From contig JAYEOW010000042.1 of the NCBI GenBank assembly GCA_034723395.1, positions 1 through 29,607 of the forward strand: DNA of 29,607 nucleotides. Direction: 5' to 3'. The position numbers and the translations under genes are program-made. The notes under the pieces are model-generated. The model was not told the origin of the DNA. It did not search any database and saw only the letters and a list, made by a program, of their open reading frames with translations. The stretch is from Candidatus Margulisiibacteriota bacterium. GTDB lineage: Bacteria; Margulisbacteria; WOR-1; O2-12-FULL-45-9. This document shows positions 1 to 8,894 of the stretch, in pieces. Position 1 is the first letter of the stretch. Every line of letters begins with the position of its first letter.

Positions 1-1
1 T

Positions 2-526
2 AATTTTATCTCTGTTTTAGTTGTTAAAAAGGAGAGTTGGAGTAAGGTAGAAGGGAAAGAGATTTTTATTGGTAGCGATTGTAATCATATGTATATAATA
101 TTAAGTATATTATTTAGTGGGGATCACGGCGTTTTAAAATATATTCCTGATAAAATAGTTAAGCGGCGATGGGGGACCGATCGGATACCGGATGTTGAAA
201 AGAGAATAAGGTTGGATGTGGGATGGATACATAAGATTGCAAAAAAAGTATTTAATAATCCTAAGCATGTGCGAGGAGTCGATGCTCGTCTAATAAAAAA
301 TGACGGTTTTTCGTGGGCAGTGCGAACAAAAATATCGACGGGTAAATCTTTTTATTTTAATACTTTTCCTTTCTTGTTTGGCTATTTTTGGAGTTACCCT
401 CTATTTTGGATAAAAATTGTTCCGCTATTGTTTATGCCTAATTTTATATTAAAGATCATGCGTGGCTCTTACCGCAAAATGATTAAAGGTGAACCATTAA
501 GCGTACAGGAGGTGCTTGATGGTTAA
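2..526 (+). CDS. GT2 glycosyltransferase, C-terminal part (5'-truncated), resembling abequosyltransferase RfbV/WbaV
   Basis: The frame is open from base 2 (NFISVLVVKKESWSKVEGKEIFIGSDCNHMYIILSIL...LKYIPDKIVKRRWGTD...EKRIRLD). As I recall it, this follows the C-terminal pattern of Salmonella WbaV (S.IVKKERW...YIG..YPHVFIMMS...HYI...LV..R.DND...RRILID). CDP-dideoxyhexose genes lie downstream. Confidence 0.65.
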   Translation, partial: NFISVLVVKKESWSKVEGKEIFIGSDCNHMYIILSILFSGDHGVLKYIPDKIVKRRWGTDRIPDVEKRIRLDVGWIHKIAKKVFNNPKHVRGVDARLIKNDGFSWAVRTKISTGKSFYFNTFPFLFGYFWSYPLFWIKIVPLLFMPNFILKIMRGSYRKMIKGEPLSVQEVLDG

Positions 527-2060
527 ACGTATTATTGGTTTAGTATTCATCATGATATTAGTAGTGTTTGGGATCATGATGATCATGCCCCAGGATGGTC
601 TGAATTTTAATTTTGCCGCAAATAAGGGGATGTGGCAGGTATCTCCCGGGACGAAGGTCCGTTTTGACGGAGATACGGTTTCTTTAAAGAAAGGCTCTGA
701 TAATTTCTTTATTGCTGTTCCCGGGATCAATCTTGGGGCGGATCGATATGACGTGTGTATTATAGAGATGAAACAGCCGATAGCGTACGAAGAGGGGAGA
801 TTGTTCTTTATTTCCCAGTTTAATAAGGGCTATGATCGGAATTTTAGTTTCCCATTTGATACCGGGAAAGCCGATAAGTTTAATAAGATCTATATTGACT
901 TAAAAAAGCATGGCGCCTGGCAGGGAATAATACGCGAAATCTTAATTATCCCTGCGAAAAATTCAAAAACAGTATCGATAAAAAGTATCTCCTTTGTTGA
1001 CGCGAATCCCTGGACAAAAATGCGTGCCTGGTATAGCGATTTTACGCGCTATGGTGATCCACTGCTTGGAACATGCTTTTCCATGGCATCACCGATCTTT
1101 TTGGGAAGACCATTTAATATGCGCTTTATCCCGATATTATGGTGGATATTAGGAGTGGTTTTGCTAATTGTATTGGTTGATCGTTTTGCAGAAATAGATC
1201 CCAGGATAAAGAAATCCGCGATCGGAGTATTTTTCTTGATCATTGTATTATTGTGGGGAGCTCTTGATCTCAGAAATAATATTTATTACTTAAAAGCGAT
1301 ATCCAGGAATATTAGTCTTTATTGGGGAAAGCCGATGCAAGAGAAGCGGGGGATTGTTGTCGGCGACCAGGAATTTATCGATTTTATGAAGTTTTGCAAT
1401 GACAATATTCCGATCGATGCGCGGGTCTTTAACCAGGTGCCGGTTGAGGTGCCGGGAACTGCCTCAAACTATCTATCGGCGGTCCAATATTTGGCAAATT
1501 TTCGACCGCGATTTTATGATGGTAAATCTAAGTCGTATTATATATTTTACAAGCCAAAGGATGAGGGAAGCTGGGAATTATATCAGCAACAAGTGAATAT
1601 AAATGAATACCTTGATATTCTTCCAGGAGAGAAATTGCAGCAGGAGATAGAGTTGTGGCATCGCTTTAGGGATTTGTATCAGATCAATCTGTGGATAAAA
1701 GAAAAAGATGTTAAGAAGGCGGCGGTTGAGGTCATTGTTCTTGATAGAAGTGGGAAGAACATTGTGGGAAGAACAAGATATGTAAAACAAACTGGAGATG
1801 AAGCAGTTTTTCGTTTTAGCCCAAGAGTAAATATTGGAAAAGGAGAAAAAGTATTACTGCAGATAAAGAATAAAGGTAAAGATCCGATTGGGATCGGGAA
1901 TATTTATGGAGAACAATATCGGGAAGGGTTTTTGATCAGGGGTGGTAGAAGACAACAAAGAGATCTAACTTTCCGTCTTATTTACCGGCCAAAAGGCCTG
2001 GCCCTGTTTAAGCGCTTTAATAATGATGCATATATTTTGATGGATAGGAATATAAAATGA
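519..2060 (+). CDS. Membrane-anchored hypothetical protein with putative beta-sandwich extracytoplasmic domains; GT-C partner, copy 1
   Basis: AGGAGG at 507-512 precedes ATG 519. N-terminal TM/signal, beta-rich domain, two central TMs and a soluble C-terminal region. Collinear with 19152-20156(-). Confidence 0.8.
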   Translation: MVKRIIGLVFIMILVVFGIMMIMPQDGLNFNFAANKGMWQVSPGTKVRFDGDTVSLKKGSDNFFIAVPGINLGADRYDVCIIEMKQPIAYEEGRLFFISQFNKGYDRNFSFPFDTGKADKFNKIYIDLKKHGAWQGIIREILIIPAKNSKTVSIKSISFVDANPWTKMRAWYSDFTRYGDPLLGTCFSMASPIFLGRPFNMRFIPILWWILGVVLLIVLVDRFAEIDPRIKKSAIGVFFLIIVLLWGALDLRNNIYYLKAISRNISLYWGKPMQEKRGIVVGDQEFIDFMKFCNDNIPIDARVFNQVPVEVPGTASNYLSAVQYLANFRPRFYDGKSKSYYIFYKPKDEGSWELYQQQVNINEYLDILPGEKLQQEIELWHRFRDLYQINLWIKEKDVKKAAVEVIVLDRSGKNIVGRTRYVKQTGDEAVFRFSPRVNIGKGEKVLLQIKNKGKDPIGIGNIYGEQYREGFLIRGGRRQQRDLTFRLIYRPKGLALFKRFNNDAYILMDRNIK

Positions 2061-3436
2061 TATATTTAAAATTAATTATCGGGCTGTTCGTTGCATGGCT
2101 GCTGGGATATCTGATCGTCTATCTTTTTGACCCGGCAAAGAAGCTTCCTTTGTTCGAGGGGGCGGCATTGAGCTTTCTGGTCGGACAAGGAGCGATCACC
2201 CTTTTATTGTTCTTCCTGTTTCTTCTGTTGGTCCCTAATCCGATGATGATCGCCACTTTGCTGATCGCAATTATGTTCGCCGTTAAACTGTTTATTGATA
2301 AAAAGAAGCATTTTATTAATTTTACAGGCATTGCCAATGGTATAAGGCGGTCCTTTGCCAATAAGAAAAATATAATGGTCGTAATGATATTTGTTGTATT
2401 ATTTTCACTTTTAACAGTAAAAATATCATACTTATTTGTTGAAGCGTGCAGTAAGCCAGAATACGCCTGGGATGCCAGCGGCAACTGGACCGTTATTGGT
2501 CAGAGAGTTTATTACGCTCAGGAATATAGGCCAGATAAAGTTGTCGACGAATTACAGAAACATGTAAGCGGTTATCCGAGAGGGCTCTCCTTAACGCATT
2601 ATTGGCTGTTCAGCTGGATGGGCGAAGCTAATGACCAATGGTCAAAAATTATCTTTCCGTTGAATTTAATTTGTCTGTTAATTATATTTTATTATGGTTT
2701 AAAGCCGATTAGGGGTCGATTAGGGGCCTTAGCATTTACCTACTTCTTAGCTTCAGTCCCATTATTAATGTATCATGCCACGATCGGTTATGCCGACCTT
2801 ACTAAGACGGTTTATTTTGCGGCAGGGATAATATATTTTTATCGTTGGCTGCAAACCAAACAAAATAGTTACTTCTGGTTTTTTGCTGTCACGATGGCTT
2901 TGACCACATGGATCAAGATGGAGGGAAAGGTCCTTTATGCGATCGGATTTGCATTATTATTGTATTATCTGTGGCAGGGATGTAAGGAGCCATTAAAAAA
3001 TAAGCTCTTATATATCGGCAAATATCTATCATTATATTTAATTATAGGCTTGCCATGGCAATTATTCATTATGTTCGGTGATTTGCCGTACGTGCAATCA
3101 TCGATCCATCTGTCTGTTTCCCAGTTTTTAGCATTCCATGAGAAAATTTACGCATTAATGTTTATGGATGGGAGCTGGGGGATATTCTGGGTAATCGCTG
3201 CGGCAGCTATGCTCTTTTTCTTTAGAAAACAGCTGATTGGTGCAAACCTCTACCTTTTGCTAGCGATCATATTGTTCTATGGAAACTTACTTTTTATTTA
3301 TTCGTGTTTTCATGATACGGTTCATTTTATGCAACTTACATTTAGTCGCGTTCTTTTACCTATCTATCCGGTAGCAGTATTTAATATGGGCTGTATTCTT
3401 CCAATATTAAAAATTGATCAGAAGGTACAAATATGA
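2057..3436 (+). CDS. Polytopic GT-C fold glycosyltransferase (ArnT/PMT_2-like), copy 1
   Basis: About 12 hydrophobic segments; acidic WD motif (KPEYAWDASGNW) in a loop, then YP, GYADL and WIKMEG motifs. ATGA overlaps with both neighbours. Confidence 0.75.
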   Translation: MIYLKLIIGLFVAWLLGYLIVYLFDPAKKLPLFEGAALSFLVGQGAITLLLFFLFLLLVPNPMMIATLLIAIMFAVKLFIDKKKHFINFTGIANGIRRSFANKKNIMVVMIFVVLFSLLTVKISYLFVEACSKPEYAWDASGNWTVIGQRVYYAQEYRPDKVVDELQKHVSGYPRGLSLTHYWLFSWMGEANDQWSKIIFPLNLICLLIIFYYGLKPIRGRLGALAFTYFLASVPLLMYHATIGYADLTKTVYFAAGIIYFYRWLQTKQNSYFWFFAVTMALTTWIKMEGKVLYAIGFALLLYYLWQGCKEPLKNKLLYIGKYLSLYLIIGLPWQLFIMFGDLPYVQSSIHLSVSQFLAFHEKIYALMFMDGSWGIFWVIAAAAMLFFFRKQLIGANLYLLLAIILFYGNLLFIYSCFHDTVHFMQLTFSRVLLPIYPVAVFNMGCILPILKIDQKVQI

Positions 3437-4128
3437 AATTAACAGTAATAGCAACAGTATTTAATGAAGTTAAAACCGTATGCCAGGCGATTAAAGATAT
3501 CGAAAAGATTAAGGTGCCGGAAAAAGAGGTTATTATAATTGATAACTGTTCAACTGATGGTTCTAGGAAGCTACTGGAAGAACTTGAAGCTAATGATTTT
3601 AAGGAATATAAATATATTTATAATGATAAGAACCTTAAGTGCGGAAATTTTATTATTGGCAGGGATATGGCAAATGGAGAATATATATATTTGCATCACA
3701 CCGACCTGGAATACGATCCTGGCGCGGCGATGGAAATGCTGGCGGTTGCGGAGCAGGGCAGTTATGATGTGATACTCGGTTCTAGGCTAAAGGACAATAA
3801 GGATTCGATGTGGAGTATAATGAGGAAGCGGCCGGAATATCTAGCCACAATAATATCTACCGCTTTGGTAAATAAATGGTATGGGAAGAAATTCACAGAT
3901 ATAATCGGGACCCGGTTATATCGCACGTCTACTATTCGAAAAGTACCGACTGGGACTACTGGGTATGGTTTCGAGTTCGGTTTCGTAACTCGGATGTGCA
4001 AGCTTGGATTGAAGATTGCGGAAATTGCGGTGCCTTATAAGCCACGAGTATGTAAACGAGATAAAAAGGTTAAACCTTATCATATGTTGAATGCTTTATT
4101 TGAGATGTTCAAGGCGAGATATTTTTAA
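3433..4128 (+). CDS. GT2 polyprenol-phosphate glycosyltransferase (DPM1/GtrB-like, soluble form)
   Basis: VFNE, IIIDNCSTDGS, TDLEYDP, DVILGSR, FTD, YGFE and EIAVPYKPR...KK motifs of DPM-like GT2. Confidence 0.85.
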   Translation: MKLTVIATVFNEVKTVCQAIKDIEKIKVPEKEVIIIDNCSTDGSRKLLEELEANDFKEYKYIYNDKNLKCGNFIIGRDMANGEYIYLHHTDLEYDPGAAMEMLAVAEQGSYDVILGSRLKDNKDSMWSIMRKRPEYLATIISTALVNKWYGKKFTDIIGTRLYRTSTIRKVPTGTTGYGFEFGFVTRMCKLGLKIAEIAVPYKPRVCKRDKKVKPYHMLNALFEMFKARYF

Positions 4129-4152
4129 ATTGCATAAAAGGGGGGAGCTAAA

Positions 4153-4929
4153 ATGAAAGTTGTTATATTAGCCGGAGGTTTAGGGACCAGAATTGGAGAA
4201 GAGACCGCAATAAAACCGAAACCGATGATTGATATTGGGGAGAGGCCAATTCTTTGGCATATCATGAAGATTTACGCCCATTATGGTTTTAATGAGTTTA
4301 TTATTTGCTGCGGCTATAAGGGATATCAGATTAAAGAATATTTTAAAAACTACTTCTTACATGAATCTGATGTAACCTTTGATTTCGATGGAGGAGAAAA
4401 AAAGCTGATCCATAGCCATACGGCTGAGCCTTGGAAAGTTACTTTAGTTGACACTGGGTTAGATACCCAAACGGGGGGGAGACTAAAGCGAGTAAGGAAA
4501 TATCTAGGGGATGAAGATTTTATGTTTACTTATGGAGATGGGGTTGGGGATATTAATATTAAGGAATTATTAGATTTTCATAAGTCTCATAAAAAATTAG
4601 CAACAGTTACCGCAGTAAGGCCATTAGGTAGATTTGGCGCATTAAGTATTAAAGATTATAATGTAAAAAAATTCCAGGAAAAGACAGAGGGGAATAATTC
4701 GTGGATCAATGGTGGTTTTTTTGTCATGAATCCCAAAGTTATCGATTATATTGAAGGAGATGAAACTCCTTTAGAAACCAAACCAGTGCGGAAATTGGCA
4801 AAAGAGGGGGAGCTTATGGCTTATAAACATACGGGTTTTTGGCAACCGATGGATACACTAAGAGAAAAAAATATGCTTGAAAACTTGTGGAAATCAGGGA
4901 ATCCGCCATGGAAGGTCTGGGAAAAATGA
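4153..4929 (+). CDS. rfbF: Glucose-1-phosphate cytidylyltransferase (RfbF/DdhA)
   Basis: MKVVILAGGLGTRIGEET..KPKPM, TGGRLKRV, FTYGDG, WINGGFF, FWQPMDTLREK; SD GGGGGAG upstream. Confidence 0.97.
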   Translation: MKVVILAGGLGTRIGEETAIKPKPMIDIGERPILWHIMKIYAHYGFNEFIICCGYKGYQIKEYFKNYFLHESDVTFDFDGGEKKLIHSHTAEPWKVTLVDTGLDTQTGGRLKRVRKYLGDEDFMFTYGDGVGDINIKELLDFHKSHKKLATVTAVRPLGRFGALSIKDYNVKKFQEKTEGNNSWINGGFFVMNPKVIDYIEGDETPLETKPVRKLAKEGELMAYKHTGFWQPMDTLREKNMLENLWKSGNPPWKVWEK

Positions 4930-4954
4930 CGAATGACTAATTCCGAATGACGAA
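4927..4954 (+). repeat. Four tandem heptamers TGACGAA TGACTAA TTCCGAA TGACGAA
   Basis: Read directly; they span the rfbF stop and fill almost the whole rfbF-rfbG spacer. Confidence 0.8.
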
Positions 4955-4957
4955 TTT

Positions 4958-6115
4958 ATGAATAATTATTTTTGGAAAAAAAAGAGAGTATTTATAACCG
5001 GTCATACTGGTTTTAAAGGGTCGTGGCTCTGCTTGTGGTTCTATCTGATGGGGGCAGAGGTTGTCGGATATGCGCTGCAGCCGCCAACTAGGCCGAGCCT
5101 TTTTAAACTATGCAGGATCGATAAATTGGTCAAGTCGATCATTGGTGATGTAAGAGATTTAAAAAAATTAAAGAGAGCAATGCTGGCAGCAAAGCCCGAG
5201 ATAGTATTCCATATGGCGGCGCAGCCGATCGTGCGCGAATCATATAAGGTCCCGGTCGATACATTTAATATTAACGTTGTCGGAACGGTAAATGTTCTAG
5301 AAGCAGCGAGATCGTGTAGAAGCATTAAGGTAATTGTTAATGTGACTACAGATAAGGTTTATGAGGAAAGTAACGAGAATAGAGTAACGAGTAATGGGTA
5401 CAAGGAGTCTGATAAATTGGGCGGATATGATCCTTACGCGGGCAGTAAAGCTTGTTCGGAGATCGTTTCGTCAGTTTACCGGCGATCTTATTCGATGAAT
5501 ATCGCAACTGCCAGGGCAGGGAATGTAATTGGCGGCGGGGACTGGGCTGGAGACAGGCTGATCCCGGATTTTGTAAGAGCATTAATTAGTAAACGGAAGG
5601 TTAAGTTGAGAAATCCCAAGGCAACCAGGCCTTGGCAGCATGTATTGGAGCCGTTAAGCGGTTACCTGATGCTTGCTGAGAAGTTATATAAAAAGGCGGA
5701 TAAATATTCAGGGGCCTGGAATTTCGGGCCGGATGATCGGGATTCAAAGACGGTTGGCTGGGTTGTTAATAAACTGATGAAAAAATTAAAAGTAAAAAAT
5801 ATGGTCCAGATAGATAAAAAAAAGCATCCGCATGAAACTAAATTATTAAAGTTAAACTCAAAAAAATCTCGTAAAGAGCTTGGCTGGCGGCCAAAATGGG
5901 GGATCGATAAAGCGATCGATAAAATTGTCGAATGGACCAATGCTTATCAACGGAGGGAAAATGTTGCTTCAGTTTGTATGAAGCAGATTGAGGAGTATCC
6001 CTCACCCCGCCTCGTCCTCGACAGGCTCGGACTCGGCACCCCTCTCCACAAAGTGGAGAGGGGAAAAGAAGGGATGAGGCAAAAAGGAGTAGTATGCAAA
6101 AGGAAGAGAAATTAA
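4958..6115 (+). CDS. rfbG: CDP-glucose 4,6-dehydratase (RfbG/DdhB) with a C-terminal extension
   Basis: ITGHTGFKGSWL, FHMAAQP, TTDKVY, LGGYDPYAGSK, RAGNVIGGGDW, RPWQHVLEPL.GY. Confidence 0.96.
   Translation: MNNYFWKKKRVFITGHTGFKGSWLCLWFYLMGAEVVGYALQPPTRPSLFKLCRIDKLVKSIIGDVRDLKKLKRAMLAAKPEIVFHMAAQPIVRESYKVPVDTFNINVVGTVNVLEAARSCRSIKVIVNVTTDKVYEESNENRVTSNGYKESDKLGGYDPYAGSKACSEIVSSVYRRSYSMNIATARAGNVIGGGDWAGDRLIPDFVRALISKRKVKLRNPKATRPWQHVLEPLSGYLMLAEKLYKKADKYSGAWNFGPDDRDSKTVGWVVNKLMKKLKVKNMVQIDKKKHPHETKLLKLNSKKSRKELGWRPKWGIDKAIDKIVEWTNAYQRRENVASVCMKQIEEYPSPRLVLDRLGLGTPLHKVERGKEGMRQKGVVCKRKRN
5369..5396 (+). repeat. Intragenic heptamer tandem AGTAACG AGAATAG AGTAACG AGTAATG
   Basis: Read directly inside rfbG; encodes SNENRVTSNG. 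Confidence 0.7.
6000..6079. repeat. GC-rich REP-like structured element at the 3' end of rfbG
   Basis: Outer IR CCTCACCCC (6000-6008) / GGGATGAGG (6071-6079); perfect 11-bp hairpin CCCCTCTCCAC-AAA-GTGGAGAGGGG (6039-6063); inner imperfect hairpin GTCCTCGACAGGCTCGGAC (6014-6032). Confidence 0.8.
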
Positions 6116-7416
6116 GAGAAAAAGCGATTAGGGCGGCGATCGAGCATTATGCGGAAATGCATAAGAAAAAGGATTATAAGCCAGGCGATAAAATTTCTTA
6201 TGCCGGAAGAGTTTTTGATGAAAAAGAGATTTCTAATCTTATTGATTCTTCCCTCGATTTCTGGCTGACCGCTGGCAGATATGCGGATAAGTTCGAAAGG
6301 GGTTTAGCTGATTTTCTTGGAGTTAAATATTGTTCACTGGTCAATTCCGGATCGTCCGCGAATCTACTGGCGTTCATGGCTTTGACCTCGCTTAAGCTTG
6401 GGGATAAAAGGATCAAGCCGGGGGATGAGGTGATAACGGTTGCGGCGGGTTTTCCGACTACGATCGCGCCGATAATCCAATATGGTGCAGTTCCAGTTTT
6501 TGTTGATGTATCGATTCCCAGCTATAATATCGATTGCAGTCAGTTAGAAAAAGCTTTATCGAACAAAACAAAAGCGGTAATGATCGCCCATACCCTGGGG
6601 AATCCTTTTGATGTTAAAGCGGTTAAAGCATTTTGTGAAAAGCATGGTCTCTGGTTGATTGAAGATAACTGTGACGCTTTAGGATCAAAATATGCCGGGG
6701 AGTATACCGGAAGCTTTGGCCACGTTGCAACCTCGAGCTTTTATCCTCCGCATCATATCACCATGGGCGAAGGCGGAGCAGTTTATACCAACGATGAACA
6801 GATCAAGAAGAATGTTGATTCATTTAGAGATTGGGGAAGGGATTGCTGGTGTCCCGCTGGCAAAGACAACACTTGCAGCAAACGTTTTCAGTGGCAATTG
6901 GGTGAGCTGCCGAAGGGATATGATCATAAGTACACCTATTCCCACTTTGGTTATAATCTAAAAGCCACCGATATGCAGGCGGCGATCGGCTGTGCCCAGC
7001 TGGAAAAGCTCCCTTCATTTATTAATGCGAGGAAGAAGAATTGGAAATATCTCCGCGAAAGCCTTCAAGAACTTGCGGATATATTTATCCTGCCTGAGCC
7101 GATGGAGAATTCTGATCCGAGCTGGTTCGGATTTCTTCTAACGGTAAAAGAAAATGCTGGTTTTTCACGGGATGATGTTGTAAAACATCTTGAATCGAAG
7201 GGGATACAGACAAGGATGCTTTTTGCAGGGAATATGATAAAGCATCCATGTTTTGATGAGATGAGGAGAGAGGGCAAAGGATATCGAGTGGTAAGCGATC
7301 TAAAAAATACCGATGTTATTATGAACCAGACTTTTTGGATCGGGGTTTATCCGGGATTAACGAAAGCGATGTTGGACTATATGATCACAAATATAAAGGA
7401 GTTTAGTAATGTTTAA
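6094..7416 (+). CDS. rfbH: CDP-4-keto-6-deoxyglucose 3-dehydrase E1 (RfbH/DdhC)
   Basis: LDFWLTAGR, NSGSSANLLA, EDNCDALGS, SFYPPHHITMGEGG (His in place of the Schiff-base Lys), Fe-S motif RDWGRDCWC..GKDNTC, YDHKYTYSH.GYNLK. Confidence 0.96.
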   Translation: MQKEEKLREKAIRAAIEHYAEMHKKKDYKPGDKISYAGRVFDEKEISNLIDSSLDFWLTAGRYADKFERGLADFLGVKYCSLVNSGSSANLLAFMALTSLKLGDKRIKPGDEVITVAAGFPTTIAPIIQYGAVPVFVDVSIPSYNIDCSQLEKALSNKTKAVMIAHTLGNPFDVKAVKAFCEKHGLWLIEDNCDALGSKYAGEYTGSFGHVATSSFYPPHHITMGEGGAVYTNDEQIKKNVDSFRDWGRDCWCPAGKDNTCSKRFQWQLGELPKGYDHKYTYSHFGYNLKATDMQAAIGCAQLEKLPSFINARKKNWKYLRESLQELADIFILPEPMENSDPSWFGFLLTVKENAGFSRDDVVKHLESKGIQTRMLFAGNMIKHPCFDEMRREGKGYRVVSDLKNTDVIMNQTFWIGVYPGLTKAMLDYMITNIKEFSNV

Positions 7417-8893
7417 AGATAATCTGTTCATATTTGAAATGGCAAATAATCATTCGGGGGATGTAGAGCAGGGGCTAAAGATTATAAGAGATATCCATAA
7501 TGTAAGTAAAAATTTCCCTTTTAAATTTGCTTTTAAGTTCCAGTTCCGCAACCTCGATACCTTTATCCATCCCGATTATAAAGGCCGGATGGATATTAAG
7601 TATGTGAAACGTTTCTCCGAAACCAGGCTGGATGCCGCCCAATTTAAGACGCTTAAAGAGGAAATTGATAAATTGGGATTTGTCTCCATTTGTACACCAT
7701 TTGATGAGAGATCGGTCGATCTTATCGAAGAGATGAATTTTTCGATTATAAAAATTGCCAGTTGTTCATTTACCGACTGGCCGCTGCTCGAAAGGATCGT
7801 TAAAACAGATAAGCCGATCATTGCTTCTACCGCCGGAGCGAAGCTGGAAGATATCGATAAAGTGGTAAGCTTTTTTGAGCATAGGGGGAAGAATTATGCG
7901 CTGATGCATTGCGTAGCAGAATATCCTACGCAAAATAGCAATTTGCAGTTAAATCAGATTGACCTGTTTAAAGCGAGGTATCCACAGGCTGCGATCGGCT
8001 ATTCTACCCATGAAGACCCTAATAATACTGACGCAATTAAAATGGCCATCGCAAAAGGGGCCACACTGTTCGAGAGACATGTTGGGGTAGGCAAACTAAA
8101 TGCCTATTCGAGTAATCCGGAGCAGATAAATAAATGGCTGACGGCGGCTAAGGAAGCTTTTGAAATGTGCGGGATAAAGGATAGGCGATTAGAATTCACG
8201 CCAAAAGAGACCGCAAGTTTAAGAGCTTTGGGCAGGGGGCTATTTGTAAAAAAACCGATAAAGAAAGGTGAGAGGATATCATTGTCCGATCTGTTTTTGG
8301 CCATCCCTACGATCGATGACCAGGTAATCGCCGGTGATTTTTCTAAATATACTGAGTTTTATGCAAAATCAGAAGTAGATACTAATCAGCCTATTTTATT
8401 ATCTAATTTAAAAATGGTGGACAATAGGGAGAAGATCTATTCGATCGTGCAAAAGGTAAAGAAGGTTATCAAGGATGGAAATGTTAATGTGCCCGGGATG
8501 TTGAATTTAGAGATATCGCATCACTACGGAGTAGACCGATTCGATGAATACGGCTGTACGATCATTAATTTTATAAACCGGGAGTACTGCAAGAAGTTAA
8601 TAATACTTGTCCCCGGCCAGAAACATCCTGAACAGTTCCATGAGAAGAAGGAGGAGACTTTTCATGTCCTTTACGGGGACGTTCTTTTAACGCTGGATGG
8701 GGTTGAGAAAGAGAGCAAGGCTGGAGATATCATTACCGTAGAGAGGGGAAAGAAGCATATATTTAGCAGTAAGAATGGCGCAATAATCGAAGAGATATCA
8801 TCTACTCATTATAAAGATGACTCTTTTTATACCGATCCGGAGATTGCAAAGAATAAGCATAGAAAAAGCATGATAAGTTATTGGATGGAATAA
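7409..8893 (+). CDS. NeuB-family PEP-dependent ulosonate synthase fused to SAF and a C-terminal cupin (lyxose-isomerase-like)
   Basis: FEMANNHSGD, KFQ, TPFD, KIAS, HCVAEYPT, GYSTHE, ERH; SAF-like RGLFVKKPIKKGE; cupin YCKKL..L.PGQKHPEQFHEKKEETF...H.F.S..GAIIEEISS. Confidence 0.88.
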   Translation: MFKDNLFIFEMANNHSGDVEQGLKIIRDIHNVSKNFPFKFAFKFQFRNLDTFIHPDYKGRMDIKYVKRFSETRLDAAQFKTLKEEIDKLGFVSICTPFDERSVDLIEEMNFSIIKIASCSFTDWPLLERIVKTDKPIIASTAGAKLEDIDKVVSFFEHRGKNYALMHCVAEYPTQNSNLQLNQIDLFKARYPQAAIGYSTHEDPNNTDAIKMAIAKGATLFERHVGVGKLNAYSSNPEQINKWLTAAKEAFEMCGIKDRRLEFTPKETASLRALGRGLFVKKPIKKGERISLSDLFLAIPTIDDQVIAGDFSKYTEFYAKSEVDTNQPILLSNLKMVDNREKIYSIVQKVKKVIKDGNVNVPGMLNLEISHHYGVDRFDEYGCTIINFINREYCKKLIILVPGQKHPEQFHEKKEETFHVLYGDVLLTLDGVEKESKAGDIITVERGKKHIFSSKNGAIIEEISSTHYKDDSFYTDPEIAKNKHRKSMISYWME

Positions 8894-8894
8894 G

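Noticed and set aside
4967..4983. Homopolymer runs (T6, A8) at the rfbG 5' end as a phase-variation tract
   Set aside because: Runs of this length are common in this AT-rich sequence and the frame is intact.
6039..6063. Perfect hairpin as an intrinsic terminator
   Set aside because: No U-tract follows on either strand, and it lies inside an ORF in the middle of an operon; better explained as a REP-like element.
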